Part shown: positions 37,515-49,638 of the stretch, in pieces
Layout of the letters: each line of letters starts with the position of its first letter
How positions within the stretch are numbered: the first letter of the stretch is position 1
DNA from: Podarcis tiliguerta
Lineage: Eukaryota
DNA length: 64,000 nt
Assembly: GCA_965153285.1 (NCBI GenBank)
Contig: OZ229110.1
Reading direction: 5' to 3' (one strand)
Program-made: the position numbers and the translations under genes
The notes under the pieces: generated by a model
The model's database searches: none
Told to the model about the DNA's origin: nothing
What the model saw: only the letters and a program-made list of their open reading frames with translations

Positions 37515-37650
37515 AACTGCACTTTACATTTAAAGCAGCATTACACTGTTTTAAAGAGCCATGTCTTCTTAATCAGTTATGCCTTCTCTCAAAGAATCCT
37601 GGGAGCTGTAGTTTATCAAGGGTGCTGGGAGTTATTAGGAGACTACTATT
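37515..37650. mobile_element. Partial squamate MITE
   Basis: ACATTTAAAGCAGC...AAAGAATCCTGGGAGCTGTAGTTT...GGGTGCTGGGAGTT, a recalled common lizard MITE body. Confidence 0.5.
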
Positions 37651-38655
37651 CTAATAATTCTGGCTTCTTCATCTATGCTGTTCATATACTTCTCATTGCA
37701 AAAGATTCATGCAATTTGCACTCCCCACTACCAACCAATATGATACCTTGCAGTTGTATACAACATTGCCATCAGTTAGGATTAGAAATTCACAGGAAAT
37801 CTGTCATGTAAAATATATTTTGATTTAATTGTGCTTTTCATCAATGTTAATATGAAAATGAAAGGCTTTAAATGCAGCAGATCTTTTCTGCAAAATATGA
37901 GTACCTATCCCATCAACAGATCTTTTGCGAAGCTGGTATCATTAAATGTACATGTCATTACACTGAGCATAGAAATATGAAAAAGGAAGGATACTTATTT
38001 TAATGACTGCTAGAATTTTTAAATGCATTCATTTAATGTAAAAACATTCCCTACAGTATGTGCTATAGATCTCTGTAATGTTTCTGAAAATTCCTCACAC
38101 AGTTCCTTGACAAATGCAAAAGACTTATGAAAATTGTTCCAGATGTCTTAAGTGGCTTGAAGGCTCCACTGAAATAAAATCTACATTTATTCTCATCATC
38201 GCATGCTTTAATTATCTATTTCACATTTGGTCTTCAGAGCAGACCAGAGAGGCTTTTAATTAACATTCTGTCTTTACAATAATTACATATATTTTGTAAG
38301 TCTATGTTTAGTGAAGCTTTAACATTATTGGGCTTTAATATCCAGAAAACATATTGCCATCTTCGGTAGATAATAGATCCTCTAAGCAGTATTGTTCTGC
38401 TAACTAAATCAACTTGCTGAATTGATTTAATCAGTTTTGACATATATTAAAATAGAACTGTCTTGGATGACTACAGGTGAAATGGATAGAGCACAAATGA
38501 TATTCCAGGTTGCTTCGAAATTATTTAAGCACCACCAAATATTTGCAAGACAGTGGCTGCAATCAAATGGCTATAAAAGTGCAGCTATGGAAGATGAAGA
38601 GTACGTACATTGTCAGTGCAACAATGCACACACTCCAGCTACCATGCCTCTAGCA

Positions 38656-38791
38656 CAGTGGTGGCAAACCTTGGCACTCCAGATGTTTTGGAACTACAAC
38701 TCCTATCATCTCTGACCACTGGTCCTGTTAGCTAGGGATGATTGGAGTTGTAGTTCCCAAACATCTGGAGTGCCAAGGTTCACCACCACTG
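38656..38791. mobile_element. hAT-Charlie palindromic MITE (136 bp), intact
   Basis: TIR CAGTGGTG...CACCACTG with ~55-bp near-perfect arms; exact 8-bp TSD CTCTAGCA at 38648-38655 and 38792-38799, close to the Charlie-type NTCTAGAN target. Confidence 0.93.
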
Positions 38792-40330
38792 CTCTAGCAG
38801 CATTGGGTAAATATGATTATATTATCAGAATACAAATTTGGCCAACGTGGAGGTCTCTGTGGCCAACATCATGCTATATGAATTTGGTTAATACTGGCAA
38901 GATAGCAGTTTGGTAGGTGATGGGGGTGTTAAAGAAAGAATTGAAAGTGGAAAAAACAAATATGGTTAACCTAACAGATACTATCTAAATAAAATTTGAC
39001 ACAAATGTGTGTTTTTTAAAGGTAAGAATTATGTTTTTCAACAACAAAAATGAAAGATGTAATGCCACACATATACTTTTTGCATACCCTTGGTAAGTCT
39101 TAGGTAGGTTGCTGAAAAGGCCAGGTGTTTATATCCTTTGCTTTGTTATGTTTTATCCCCCCCTGGAACATGTAGGCACATTGGCATGTACTGTACAGCA
39201 GACTGCTTATTTTTGTGAACTGCTTCGAACACATAGTTTATTTGGAGGAAATGCAGTATATAAACAAGTTGACTTAAATTTATTATACATAAATGAATGC
39301 AGTGCTGGCCACTGACTTTCCACCACCTGCTTATCATTTTTTTCTCCATGTTGCTTTGTATACCAATAGGATGGCATCTAAAGTGATGCACCAATGTCAC
39401 CTTTTAATACTGTATGTGTATGAACATCCCAAAACCGTCCCTGAAACCTTGGGGGACTCTCTTAGTTGTATTTAATGTGCCAGGAGAAGTTACAGCTGGA
39501 ATGGAAGTGTCCTGGGTGCATATTATGGTATGGGTCAAGGAGGTCATTATACTGTATCTACAGAAGGCCTTGTTTTATTATTATCTTGGGTCATTTTTAT
39601 GCCAAATATTTCACCCAAAATGATGTGCATTCTCACAGCTGAGCTGGGCAAGAGTGAAGGTTCTGCCATGTATTAAATTATGCAGGTCTAGTTTATCCTC
39701 CTGATGATGGTTTTGAAATTTGCCCTTCAGATTTCCCAACTGTAGACATAGCTCCGACTTCTTTAATCAACTCCTAAATGACACAGAAATGCCACATTTT
39801 ATTTTCAATCCTATTTAGCATGGCACAACATCTAAGAATTCTTTGCAGACTATCGGCTTTAATTGTAGGCTCTATGTTCCTAGGAAAATAGAACAACTGT
39901 GTTATTTCTGTGTCTGTTATCATTATGAAAGTCAGAGGAAAAGAAGCCCTAAAGACTACTGGAAATAGAAAGAAAATTAGATATTCTGCACAAAGGCTTG
40001 TTCCATGGATTCAAGAATATAAGAACTCATCAGAAGACAAAATCAAAATGCTATTTAATGGCAGATGAAATTAAGGTTTAGAAGATTATGAAATAGCTAA
40101 CGATCTGAATATTCACATACATAAGCAGTGGCATATGTTTTTCTGGTTCAATCCTTAGCATATATGGGGAGGGGGCCCCTAGAAAATCCACCTTAAACCC
40201 TAAAAATGCTGCCAGTGTAGGAGCTAGGAGGACCAACAGGTTGACTTAGTCTAAGGCACTTTCGCTACAATCAAATCCAGATCATGTAGCTCTTGTCAGA
40301 TAGCTGGTTGTTCCCATTTGTGTTCTGAAC

Positions 40331-40425
40331 CATGAACATAGGAAGCTGCCTTATGCCTAGTGAAACCACTCTTCTCTCTACCTCAGTATTGTCCATGTTG
40401 ACTCGCAACAGCACTTCAGAGTTTC
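40331..40425 (-). mobile_element. CR1-tail SINE (Squam3-like) 3' part
   Basis: CATAGGAAGCTGCCTTAT...CTCAGTATTGTC...; reverse complement of the element at 40475-40650. Confidence 0.6.
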
Positions 40426-40474
40426 TTTGCTATTTTGCTTTTAATTAGTTTAACATTCAGTCTTAATTGAAGAA

Positions 40475-40650
40475 GCAATATAGCTCACTGACAGATCACA
40501 TGGTGTGCATGCAAAATCTCCCAGTTTCAGTCCCTGACATCTCCAGAAGTACTGAGAAAGGGCTGTGTCTAAAACCCCAAAGTGCTGTTGCTGGTCCATG
40601 TGGACCATACTGAGTTAGATGGACCAGTGTCTCGCTTGACATAAGGCATA
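40475..40650 (+). mobile_element. tRNA-head/CR1-tail SINE (Squam3-like)
   Basis: TAGCTCA A-box, CCCAGTTTCAGTCCC B-box-like, then ATACTGAGTTAGATGGACCAGTG...ATAAGGCA. Confidence 0.7.
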
Positions 40651-43021
40651 AGCTCAATTTTATGTACTAGGCAACATGTAAAGTTAGTAATTTCAACTAG
40701 ATGTTGACATTGTCCTTGTTTGGCTCCACTGTCAATTAAAACAGATGAGTGTTTTCAAAACTGTTATTCAAAATGACAAGGATTTCCCCCCTCATATAGT
40801 ATAGCAGAATAGAGACGTGCTAAATAAGGCTACTGTTTCATGATGACTTTTCTGCTACACTGGTCACATATTTTGACATGCTTGCTCTGCTCACACTGTT
40901 GTGTCAATAGAGGAGAACCTTTCTGAGACCCCAGATTAACTGGCACTTGCTCTGGCTCAATGACACTATTCCCAGATCAACTGTTCAAAAATAAATGTAT
41001 CTCTGAAGCTTCAGTATCTGCTCTATATATCTGTATTGCTGAGAAATAAGAAACATTCACCATGTGATATGGACACTTGCTGAAAAGGGATATAGGATAA
41101 AATTATCAAAATAAATTACATACAGAAACCCTGCTACTGTTCAGGAATGTTAAAGAGCCTCTTATAGGCAACATTCAATTCATGACAGCCTAAAGCTTTC
41201 CTAGCCAGTATAAATGTTAGAATGGGACAAAGAGATCACAGAATGCTATGATGGCTCCTGATATTAAGGGATGTGAGTAGAATGCGATATAGCATCTGTT
41301 GAAGGTTTGAATCCCAAATCAGAACAGTTGTATATGGGTCATTTATGTCTGCCAGTCCCTAATCATCCCCTCTGAGAGTGTAGGGGACCATTGTTCCACT
41401 TACAGGCAGAATACATTCAAGGGTAGGTACCAATAATGTTTTACGTTTATACAGCATTTTACACCTCTCTTCAGCTTAAAAAGTGCCCAGAACAACTGAG
41501 AGCAGTAATGAACAAGTCAACTCCTGTCAGGAGGCCTGTAATGTAAAAGACACAACATAAAAAGGATAGGAACAGTGGAGGAAAATAGGCAGAAGCAGAT
41601 GATACTTCTTAATGTTATGAAGTTCTTATAATGACCAGCTTGAATCACAACATGGTGAAGAGGAACCAAATGGACCTATTCTCTCTTCACATCTAAAGGA
41701 GTAGTTTGCCACTCCATCTCTCTCTCAGCTGCAGCCAAGCCAGAGGGCTGCTACCAGATAACAGTTGGTGGAGGGAAGCACCTGGTTGGAGCCACACTCC
41801 CAGGAGAGCTAATTGAGTGGGCCTCATTTCCCATCTCTCCCTCTGCTACAACTAGGTGGAATTTGTATCAATATGGCTACCATGAAAGGCATAATCACAA
41901 TGATTATGTACATGTCCAAAATGCACCAAAACCCATTCTTTATATACTGAATATATATTTATGAAATTCAGCAATTACAAACTGCCCTGTGTATTACAGA
42001 GGCCATAAATCTCAATAGATTTTTCAGAAATATATTCCACTTTTCAGCATAGCATTCACCAGATGCAAGTATGGTAGCTTGCTGTGTTTGATAAACTTGT
42101 GGTACGCTGCTATCTTGTTGACAACTTGCAATTAGATGGCACTGCATGTCTCATCAAGAGCAGGTCCCTTAGAAATAATAGAAGTAAACTTGACCTTCAG
42201 TGTTGGAGATCTTGCAGTTCTAGTTTGTGCAGCTCAGTAGTCAGTCTTGAAACTACTTGAAGGTAGACTCCTGGACTATGGAAATACGCTTCTATTTTTG
42301 TCGGTGGCAGTTTTTACATCAATTTCCCTCATGTTTTGTTTAGTGAATAGCATATTTTTAATCTACTTGTTGGTCTCTCTCTCTCTCTCTCTCTTCCATT
42401 GTCAGGTATAAATACTGCCATTGTTTCTTCAGTTCATTAGTATTTGGCCCACTGAAAATAATTCCCTAACATCAGGACACAATAAAAGGAGCTAGGAGCT
42501 GCAGAAATGTTCCTTTGTCCCCAGGAAGTCACCATTGTACCATCTTCCTTTTCTGCCAAGACATGAAGAAAGTATTTTCTCTCCTCCAACCCCCAATTCT
42601 TTCTGGTCAAATAAGGGACATAAAACCATAGAACCGGAGGGGGCTATGGGCTATCTAGTAATCTAACACCTCCTTAGTGTAGGAATTCCAAGCTAGAGCA
42701 TCCATGATATTTTTAATGTCATTGTTTTGTTATACCAAATATATCATAGCATCTCTAGTGGAAAGATGCATCACTACAGTGATGGACTACCAGTAAGGAC
42801 AGGCTACCTCTGTTCAGCATAAAATATTTATTTTATGCATCTCTTAAACTGCTGTGTCTAGATACATATACTGGTAATGTGGAATCACTTCATTATGCTG
42901 GCATTCTATGGCCCTCTTCGGGCATTACTTTAAAGTATACGGGAGAGTACAGTGCGAATGAGCACACTAGTTGTTCCCACCATCATCGCTTCAATTTCCA
43001 TCCCTTTTAACTCAGCTGAAG

Positions 43022-43164
43022 CAGGGTAAGCAACATGGTGCCTTCCAGATGTTGCAGGACTACAAGTCCCATCATACCTGACTGTTGGCCATGGTGTTGA
43101 GGCAAGGGACTGATGTACATTATAGTTCAACAGTGTTTGGGGAGTATCAGGTCAGCTATCCCTG
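43022..43164. mobile_element. Degraded hAT-Charlie palindromic MITE
   Basis: CAGGGTA...TATCCCTG ends, CCAGATGTT..GACTACAA.TCCCATCAT core, TCTAGA on the right flank. Confidence 0.6.
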
Positions 43165-44907
43165 TTCTAGAGTATACAATAGGCAGTGGAAGATGCACAA
43201 TCAGCGTCTTGGTCAGTGCACATGGGAGCTAGAGGCAAAACTTGGTTAAATAGCATGATAAGGAAAGACTGGGAGAGTTTCAGGATGTTACAACCCTAAT
43301 TCATGCAAACAGGTATTGTATGTGCAAGGAGTGGGACATGATGTGTTCCTGTTGCTCACAACGCCAGTAGAGTCTGGAAGAACATATATGTGCTTGGGTA
43401 CAGTTTATTTAATCAATCATGTGATACCTAGGGGAAACCATTGGGCAAGGGAAAGAGAATTAGCACCTTCACGGCATGTCCCACTTCCACCTCCCAGTTA
43501 TATTGCAACTAGTTGAAATGTTACCAGGGTTTTGTGATTGAAACCAATTGATTACAGAGTAAACCAACTGGACAGAGCTAAAATATGCTACTCCACTTCT
43601 GCCAAGAAGAGTTAAACAAAAATGCAAGCCATTAATATAATCCATCAGCATACATTTTTTTAATGGCTATGTATGGATATAATGGTTAATCACCTCAAAA
43701 TTATTCCCAGCTTTTCAAAGCTTAATTTCTGTACTATTCTTGGATAAATTAGTAAACCTGTTAATAATAGTAAATTAAGTTTGAACCTTTCATATCTTCT
43801 ACTTCAAAGGATATATCTGCACACTATTAGTCAGTGGATGAAATTTGTGAGTAGGGCTTCTTATGACTCACAAAGCTAACGGATGATGCTTTTTAAGCAC
43901 AGGAATGTATGAGTTCAATCACTGTGAAATTCCAGGAGTACATGGTGTAACATCCATTAAATCGCTGGTGTTCATGGCTATAGATAAGTGTAATGCTGAG
44001 TAAATACATCGGAAACATTTGACCAACTACTAAGAAATAGTGGAGTATAAAGAGATGTGCAATTATGTTTGCATCTTAATATGTTTAAATAGCATTCTGA
44101 TTCTTTGTGTATTTTCTAGAAGTATACCCACAGATTTTGGTTCTAGGTAAGGAGAGGAAAAAATGGAAGAGGAGTGAGGTGAGGAGAAAGGGGAACTAAA
44201 GAGGAAAGGAGGAGGAGGGAAAAAGGAGAGAGACTTCAAGTAATAGTTTATAACCGGTCTAGACAGATCATGTTAGGACAATGTTGTCCCAGCCCCTCTC
44301 TCCTTGAAAGAGACTTGATCTCTGAGGGAGAAGAAGAACCCCAAAAGAGTGTGTAATTCAGATCTGCATATAGGGCTGCACCACCCCTTCTTCTCCCTCC
44401 TATTGCAGCAGCAACGCCCTCCCTCCTCAACTTTACAGTGTGGGCTTTGACTAGTAACCTTTTATGGGCTGAGAAGGAAGCTTGGGGGAGCCCCTGGCTG
44501 GGACTGCATTTTCATCTACTTTATACTGTAGGGCACAACTGTGCTTTTTTTGGGTCAACTGGCTATCTGAAATTCAGTGTGGGCAAGTAAAAGAAGGCAA
44601 AATCTTATGGCACTGCCACTCTGAAGCATTATTGGGTTAAGGGGCACCTTGGGGTTTCCACCCATAGCGTGAGGCTTCAGGAGTACTTTGGGGTGCACTT
44701 AGGATCTGGCTTGAACACCTTAGTGGTGCACAGGTTGCACTTCATTTATGCAAGGCTCACTTAGCAAGGAGGCAGAATCTTCTCCTACTCCTTGGCTGAG
44801 GAGTCAACAATGTGATAGAGTCTGCTTGCCTATACTTAATTCTTTTGTTGAAGTTACAGATCCTATTGTTCTGTTATATTCAATAATTACAACTTTTTCC
44901 TCCAATA

Positions 44908-45256
44908 AAGGTAAAGGTAAAGGGACCCCTAACCATTAGGTCCAGTCGTGACCGACTCTGGGGTTGCAGCACTCATCTCGCTTTATTGGCCGAGGGAGCC
45001 GGCGTACAGCTTCCAGGTCATGTGGCCAGCATGACTAAGCTGCTTCTGGCGAACCAGAGCAGCGCACGGAAACGCTGTTTACCTTCCCGTTTACCTATTT
45101 ATCTACTTGCACTTTGACGTGCTTTCGAACTGCTAGGTTGGCAGAAGCAGGGACCATGCAACGGGAGCTCACCCCGTCGTGGGGATTCAAACCGCCGACC
45201 TTCTGATTGGCAAGTCCTAGGCTCTGTGGTTTAACCCACAGCGCCACCCGCGTCCC
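44908..45256 (-). mobile_element. Full-length Sauria SINE (Podarcis-type), young
   Basis: Minus 5' end GGGACGCGGGTGGCGCTGTGG; (ACCTTT)n tail; CpG retained; 11-bp TSD TTCCTCCAATA at 44897-44907 and 45258-45268. Confidence 0.95.
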
Positions 45257-45392
45257 GTTCCTCCAATACGGTGTGCCAAATCTTTCAGGGGGCAAAGCAA
45301 ACAGGTTCCCATAGGGTTGCTAAGGTCAAATGCTGCATTTCTGAGGATCAAAGAAGGAATTCAGGTAATCCATGGGAAACTGGAGAGCCATT

Positions 45393-45480
45393 ATTGTGTA
45401 GTGGTTAGATTGTCAGACTAAGACCTGGAAGACCAGGATTCACAGTCCCACTTGACCATGAAGCTCACTGGGTGACCCTG
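45393..45480 (+). mobile_element. CORE/MIR-like SINE 5' fragment
   Basis: TGTAGTGGTTAGA...GACCTGGAAGACCAGG...CCATGAAGCTCACTGGGTGACC; matches the 22397 copy. Confidence 0.7.
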
Positions 45481-48279
45481 TACTGTTTCTATCTAGTAAG
45501 ATGTGTAATGCCTGCGCGTAACACTCTATCATACATGTATGTACGTACCCCACGTATAACCAATCAGCACCAAGTGCATATGCTGCAATGGGGATAATAT
45601 ACAATAAAAGGGAGTCTCCTAGACTCGATCGAGAGATGCCTCCCACATGGACACCTTCGACTCATCTGCCAGTTATTTCCAACCCAACAGGTTGCCTTGG
45701 AGAAGTCACCATCTTTCACCCTATCCTCCTTTAAAGACCTATGAATGCAGATATATAAAATGAATGGTGCTATATGATACTGTTGATTATTAATGCTACA
45801 AAAATTTTCAGTTCCCAAAGGGGGGGGGGGAGTCAACCCGTGAAACATTCCCAACTTTTGTGGATGCATGAGTCTCTCCACCATCACAAAAGAAGAATCG
45901 TAATTATGGATGGCTGTCAATCATATCAATGGAAAGCTCTTGTACTACTTTGCAAGGTCATATATGGAGTAAAGTGTCATGCTCCTTTCTTCCCTATGTC
46001 TCCTCATTTGGTTACCTTGGAAGGTCTTTCCTTCTGGAATTCATCAGAACTTAAACTGACTTTTTATGTTGACCTTTGGCATTCTGAGCAGTTCATCTGC
46101 ATTTCTTTTCACAGATAGGAGAAATCTGAAGGGTTTTAGAGAGCTCTACTACCTAATGTGTCCCTCCTACCTTGTTCTTGAACCATCTTCTTTTTGCCTT
46201 TGGTACCTTTTTGGAATAATGCATTAAGAGCTAGCCAAATTCTTCTTGCTCCTCTAAAAGGAACCAAGCCCTTCTTGATCTCTTGGTACCATGATGACTA
46301 TTGGCATACTGGGCAGTTGTGAAAGAAGTAGCAAAGAAAGAGTGGGGTTTGAGAGGCTAATTTAACAGCTGAGCATCTTGATTGCTTCTGTTTCCCCTAG
46401 CGTCTTTCAGACTAGTCATCCATATCACTCAACAACTGTGTGAGTATTCAAACCAGATGTTATGCTTTTGAATTATTATGAGTGGATTTATTTATTATGG
46501 AAACTGAATCACAGGTAAACATAGAAGCAATTTGAAAAATTGTATGGAATTAAATGTATTTTGGACATAGAACTGGAAATAGAATATAGCTTTCAACCTA
46601 TTCTGCTGGTGGATTTTAAGATCTGAACATAAAATATAGTCATTCCATTGTTATTTTAGGAGTCGACTCTCTGATCTTTTTTCTATTTCTTTCCCGATCC
46701 CATTTAAGAGAGCTGCATGTTAGGCCTTGTTAAACTTCTAAGTAGTAGAGCAAAAGTCCATCAGTGTGAGCACCTTATTCCCTTTTGATGGCAATCAAGG
46801 CAGATGCCCCAAAACTAGATAGATTTTGATTGTCCTCTACAGGAGAATCATTACTTTGTGCCATTGAATCACAAAGCCACAGCTTTCCTCTAGGAAACTA
46901 ATATACAGGCAAATGGAGAGAGGGGAAATGGCTCAACAGTTCTAAAGAAAATTTCAACCCTATGCCTGAGTAGCTGCCTTCTGCATCTTGTGTCTATGCA
47001 GTTCATCTGCCTTGCACATTCTTATGGAGTGAGAAGTGGAAAATGAAGGTGAAGAGTTTTGCAGATTGACAACCCAGGCATGTGTGAAGAGATGCTCTTA
47101 GATACTGAGAGGTGTGATAGCATAGTAAGTGCTATATTATCAATCATTTTTAAAATGTGTATGGTTTTTTTTTTTTTTAAGGTTTGCTTTTATAGTTACA
47201 CCATGCTGAGAAGGAAGGCTTGTGAGTGTTTGAATGCATGTATGCTACATTTATCGTAATGTAAACCTCTGTGAATGGGAATCAAAGCTACATATTTTGG
47301 TACATTTCCTTTTGAAAAATGCACATTAAAGCTGCAAAACTGAATTCATTTAAGACACTTACACACCTTATGGAATCCCAATGAATTGATATAACGGAAG
47401 CCCCTGGGGCATGTCTTTAACATATTCAGTTTCCCTTTCTTTATATGCTATGTATAATAGCAGCATAAGTACACACTTATTACCCTGGTTGAATAGATTA
47501 CTTCCTGCTGGCATTAAAAAAATACAGGGCTTCATTAGGGCAGATCATTATCATAATGTATTAACTATGATACATCTCCTGAATGATGATGATCTGATGG
47601 GCTATCAATGAGCTACATCATTATTCTGCATTTGGCTGGTGATGTATTAAAATGATGCTTCATTACCTTGAACCATTTGTTGCCACCACAATATAATATA
47701 TCATGGGTGTGACATCACAACAGCAATCTTCTTCTTGGCCATGCTTTGTGAGTTTGTGGCATTAAGCCTAGCAATGCACGCTTATGCGCTTTTTCACATT
47801 CATAGATAATGCTGCTTTTAAAAATTCTCAGTACAGGAATAGAGGAGTGATAGATGGCTGGTCATGGACAAGAGCTGGACTTGTCGCTTAACTGAGTCAA
47901 CTTGACCTAATAGGTAGGAAGGAAAAAAGGAAAGGCTTCCAATTTAAAGGATCTTTTCTAAAAGAGAGCACAAAGTGCTAGGAATACTTGCACATTTTGT
48001 GATATGGTATGTCATTACTTGTTGGCAAAACGCGCCACCCACTAGGCTGAATAAGATCTATCAGCCATACATGGTGATTGAATAAGTCTCCTAATTCTGC
48101 TAGCTTGTTTGGACTGGAGTTGTTCAAGCACATGACTGGCCGCAATCTACAATCGGTGGGATGTGTTCCATTCAAGAGTCACAAAACATGCAGGGCTGCA
48201 TTAGTAAGCAAATTTTCCAGACTGTCAGAATCCAGTGATATAAAAGCTGATGTAGTTTACAACATGTAGCCCTTAACAA

Positions 48280-48570
48280 CGTGGGACCGCCTTATCCCAT
48301 GTGCCCACTTGACTGCTTCAGTCAGTGGAACTTACACCACTACAGGTGCCACGTAATACCTATTCCACGTTTAGTGTGGCAGCATCTGCACTTTGGAACT
48401 CCCTGTCTAATGAGATCAAGCAGGCACCTTGACTGTACTCCTTTCGGTGTCTGCCAAAAACATTCTTGCTTAGACAAGCTTACCCAGATGCTTAGAAAAT
48501 GGATGTAATGCTTAGGAAGTTGAGATAATTTTAATCTGTTTTAGTATTTTAACTTTTATATGTTTTAGAG
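48280..48570 (+). mobile_element. L2 LINE ORF2 C-terminus and 3'UTR remnant
   Basis: Translation FSVAASALWNSLSNEIKQAP*LYSFRCLPKTFLLRQAY matches the L2 end motif FSxxAPxLWNSLP...FKxxLKTxLF. Confidence 0.75.
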
Positions 48571-49613
48571 TGTGGTTTAGTTAAAGAATGTTTGTCCTTT
48601 TTATGTGACCCTTTAGCCCTGGTAGTTAATTTGTTCCTTTTCTTTGCTGAATCTCAGCAAGAAACCTATCAAGAAGGAACAAATATATTGGCTAAGTGTA
48701 CCTTTTTAATATGGCAGCTTTTATCAATTTTGCAATAGAGTATATGGATTCATATTAGACCTTCAATTAGCCTACACATTAACATCAGCACTGCAGCTTT
48801 AGATCTTTAATTTAACTCTGCAGGCAAAGAAATATGAATGATTGCAAAATTGCTCCTTCAATGAATATTTCTTTGTTGAAACTTCAGTATTCATTGCCAA
48901 CAAAACAAAAGAAGGGCAAACATCTTGGATTAAACATCCTGATGAATAGAATATCCCCTATGTGAATAGTGCCTTTATATAGTTTAGTCACTAAGTGACA
49001 CTGGACAGAATTGTATCTGGATGGTGTCAGGCATTCCCCAGATCTGTTCTGCTATTGCTTAAAAGAGACAATAGGATTCGTATCTGACTTTTTGGCTGGT
49101 GCATCCTGTCAGACTTCCTTGGCATACCTGTTCTACCATAGAATGTATGTGGTATTGCATGTCCATTGATGATCTGTAGAGCTAAACAGTAGCAGTTGTA
49201 ATGGTTCTCTGAAAATGTGTGAAATCACCTTATCCGATGCCCTTATTGAAACAGAGATTGTGCTGATCCATATACTAATCTCTGCTACAGAGGATGTCAA
49301 AGACCTGAATAATTTGTGATTCACAAAGCCAAATACCCCAGACCAGGCTTGCCTACCATTGGGAAATGTAGAGAATAGTAGCAGAGCACAAGGAAGGGAA
49401 ACAACTTGGAACAACTTCCTCCTTTTCTGAGTGAACAAGCAGAGATCTTCTGGGTGTGTAGTTGTTACCTGTCTCTAAGAATGTCAGTAGGTTCTTTTAC
49501 ATTGGTCAGCCATGTGGTGCCCTGAGAATGCATCCAGAAAGGTGTATTTAATCCAATAATTTACACCCACACAAAAAATTGAAGTCAAACCCAAATCATC
49601 AATTTATTACTGG

Positions 49614-49638
49614 GTGTGTGTGTGTGTGTGTGTGTGTG
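49614..49638. repeat. (TG)n microsatellite
   Basis: About 12 TG units. Confidence 0.97.

Noticed and set aside
44150-44232. Purine-rich tract as a triplex or G4 element
   Set aside because: Low-complexity sequence without a clear mirror repeat or four G3 runs; common in vertebrate DNA.
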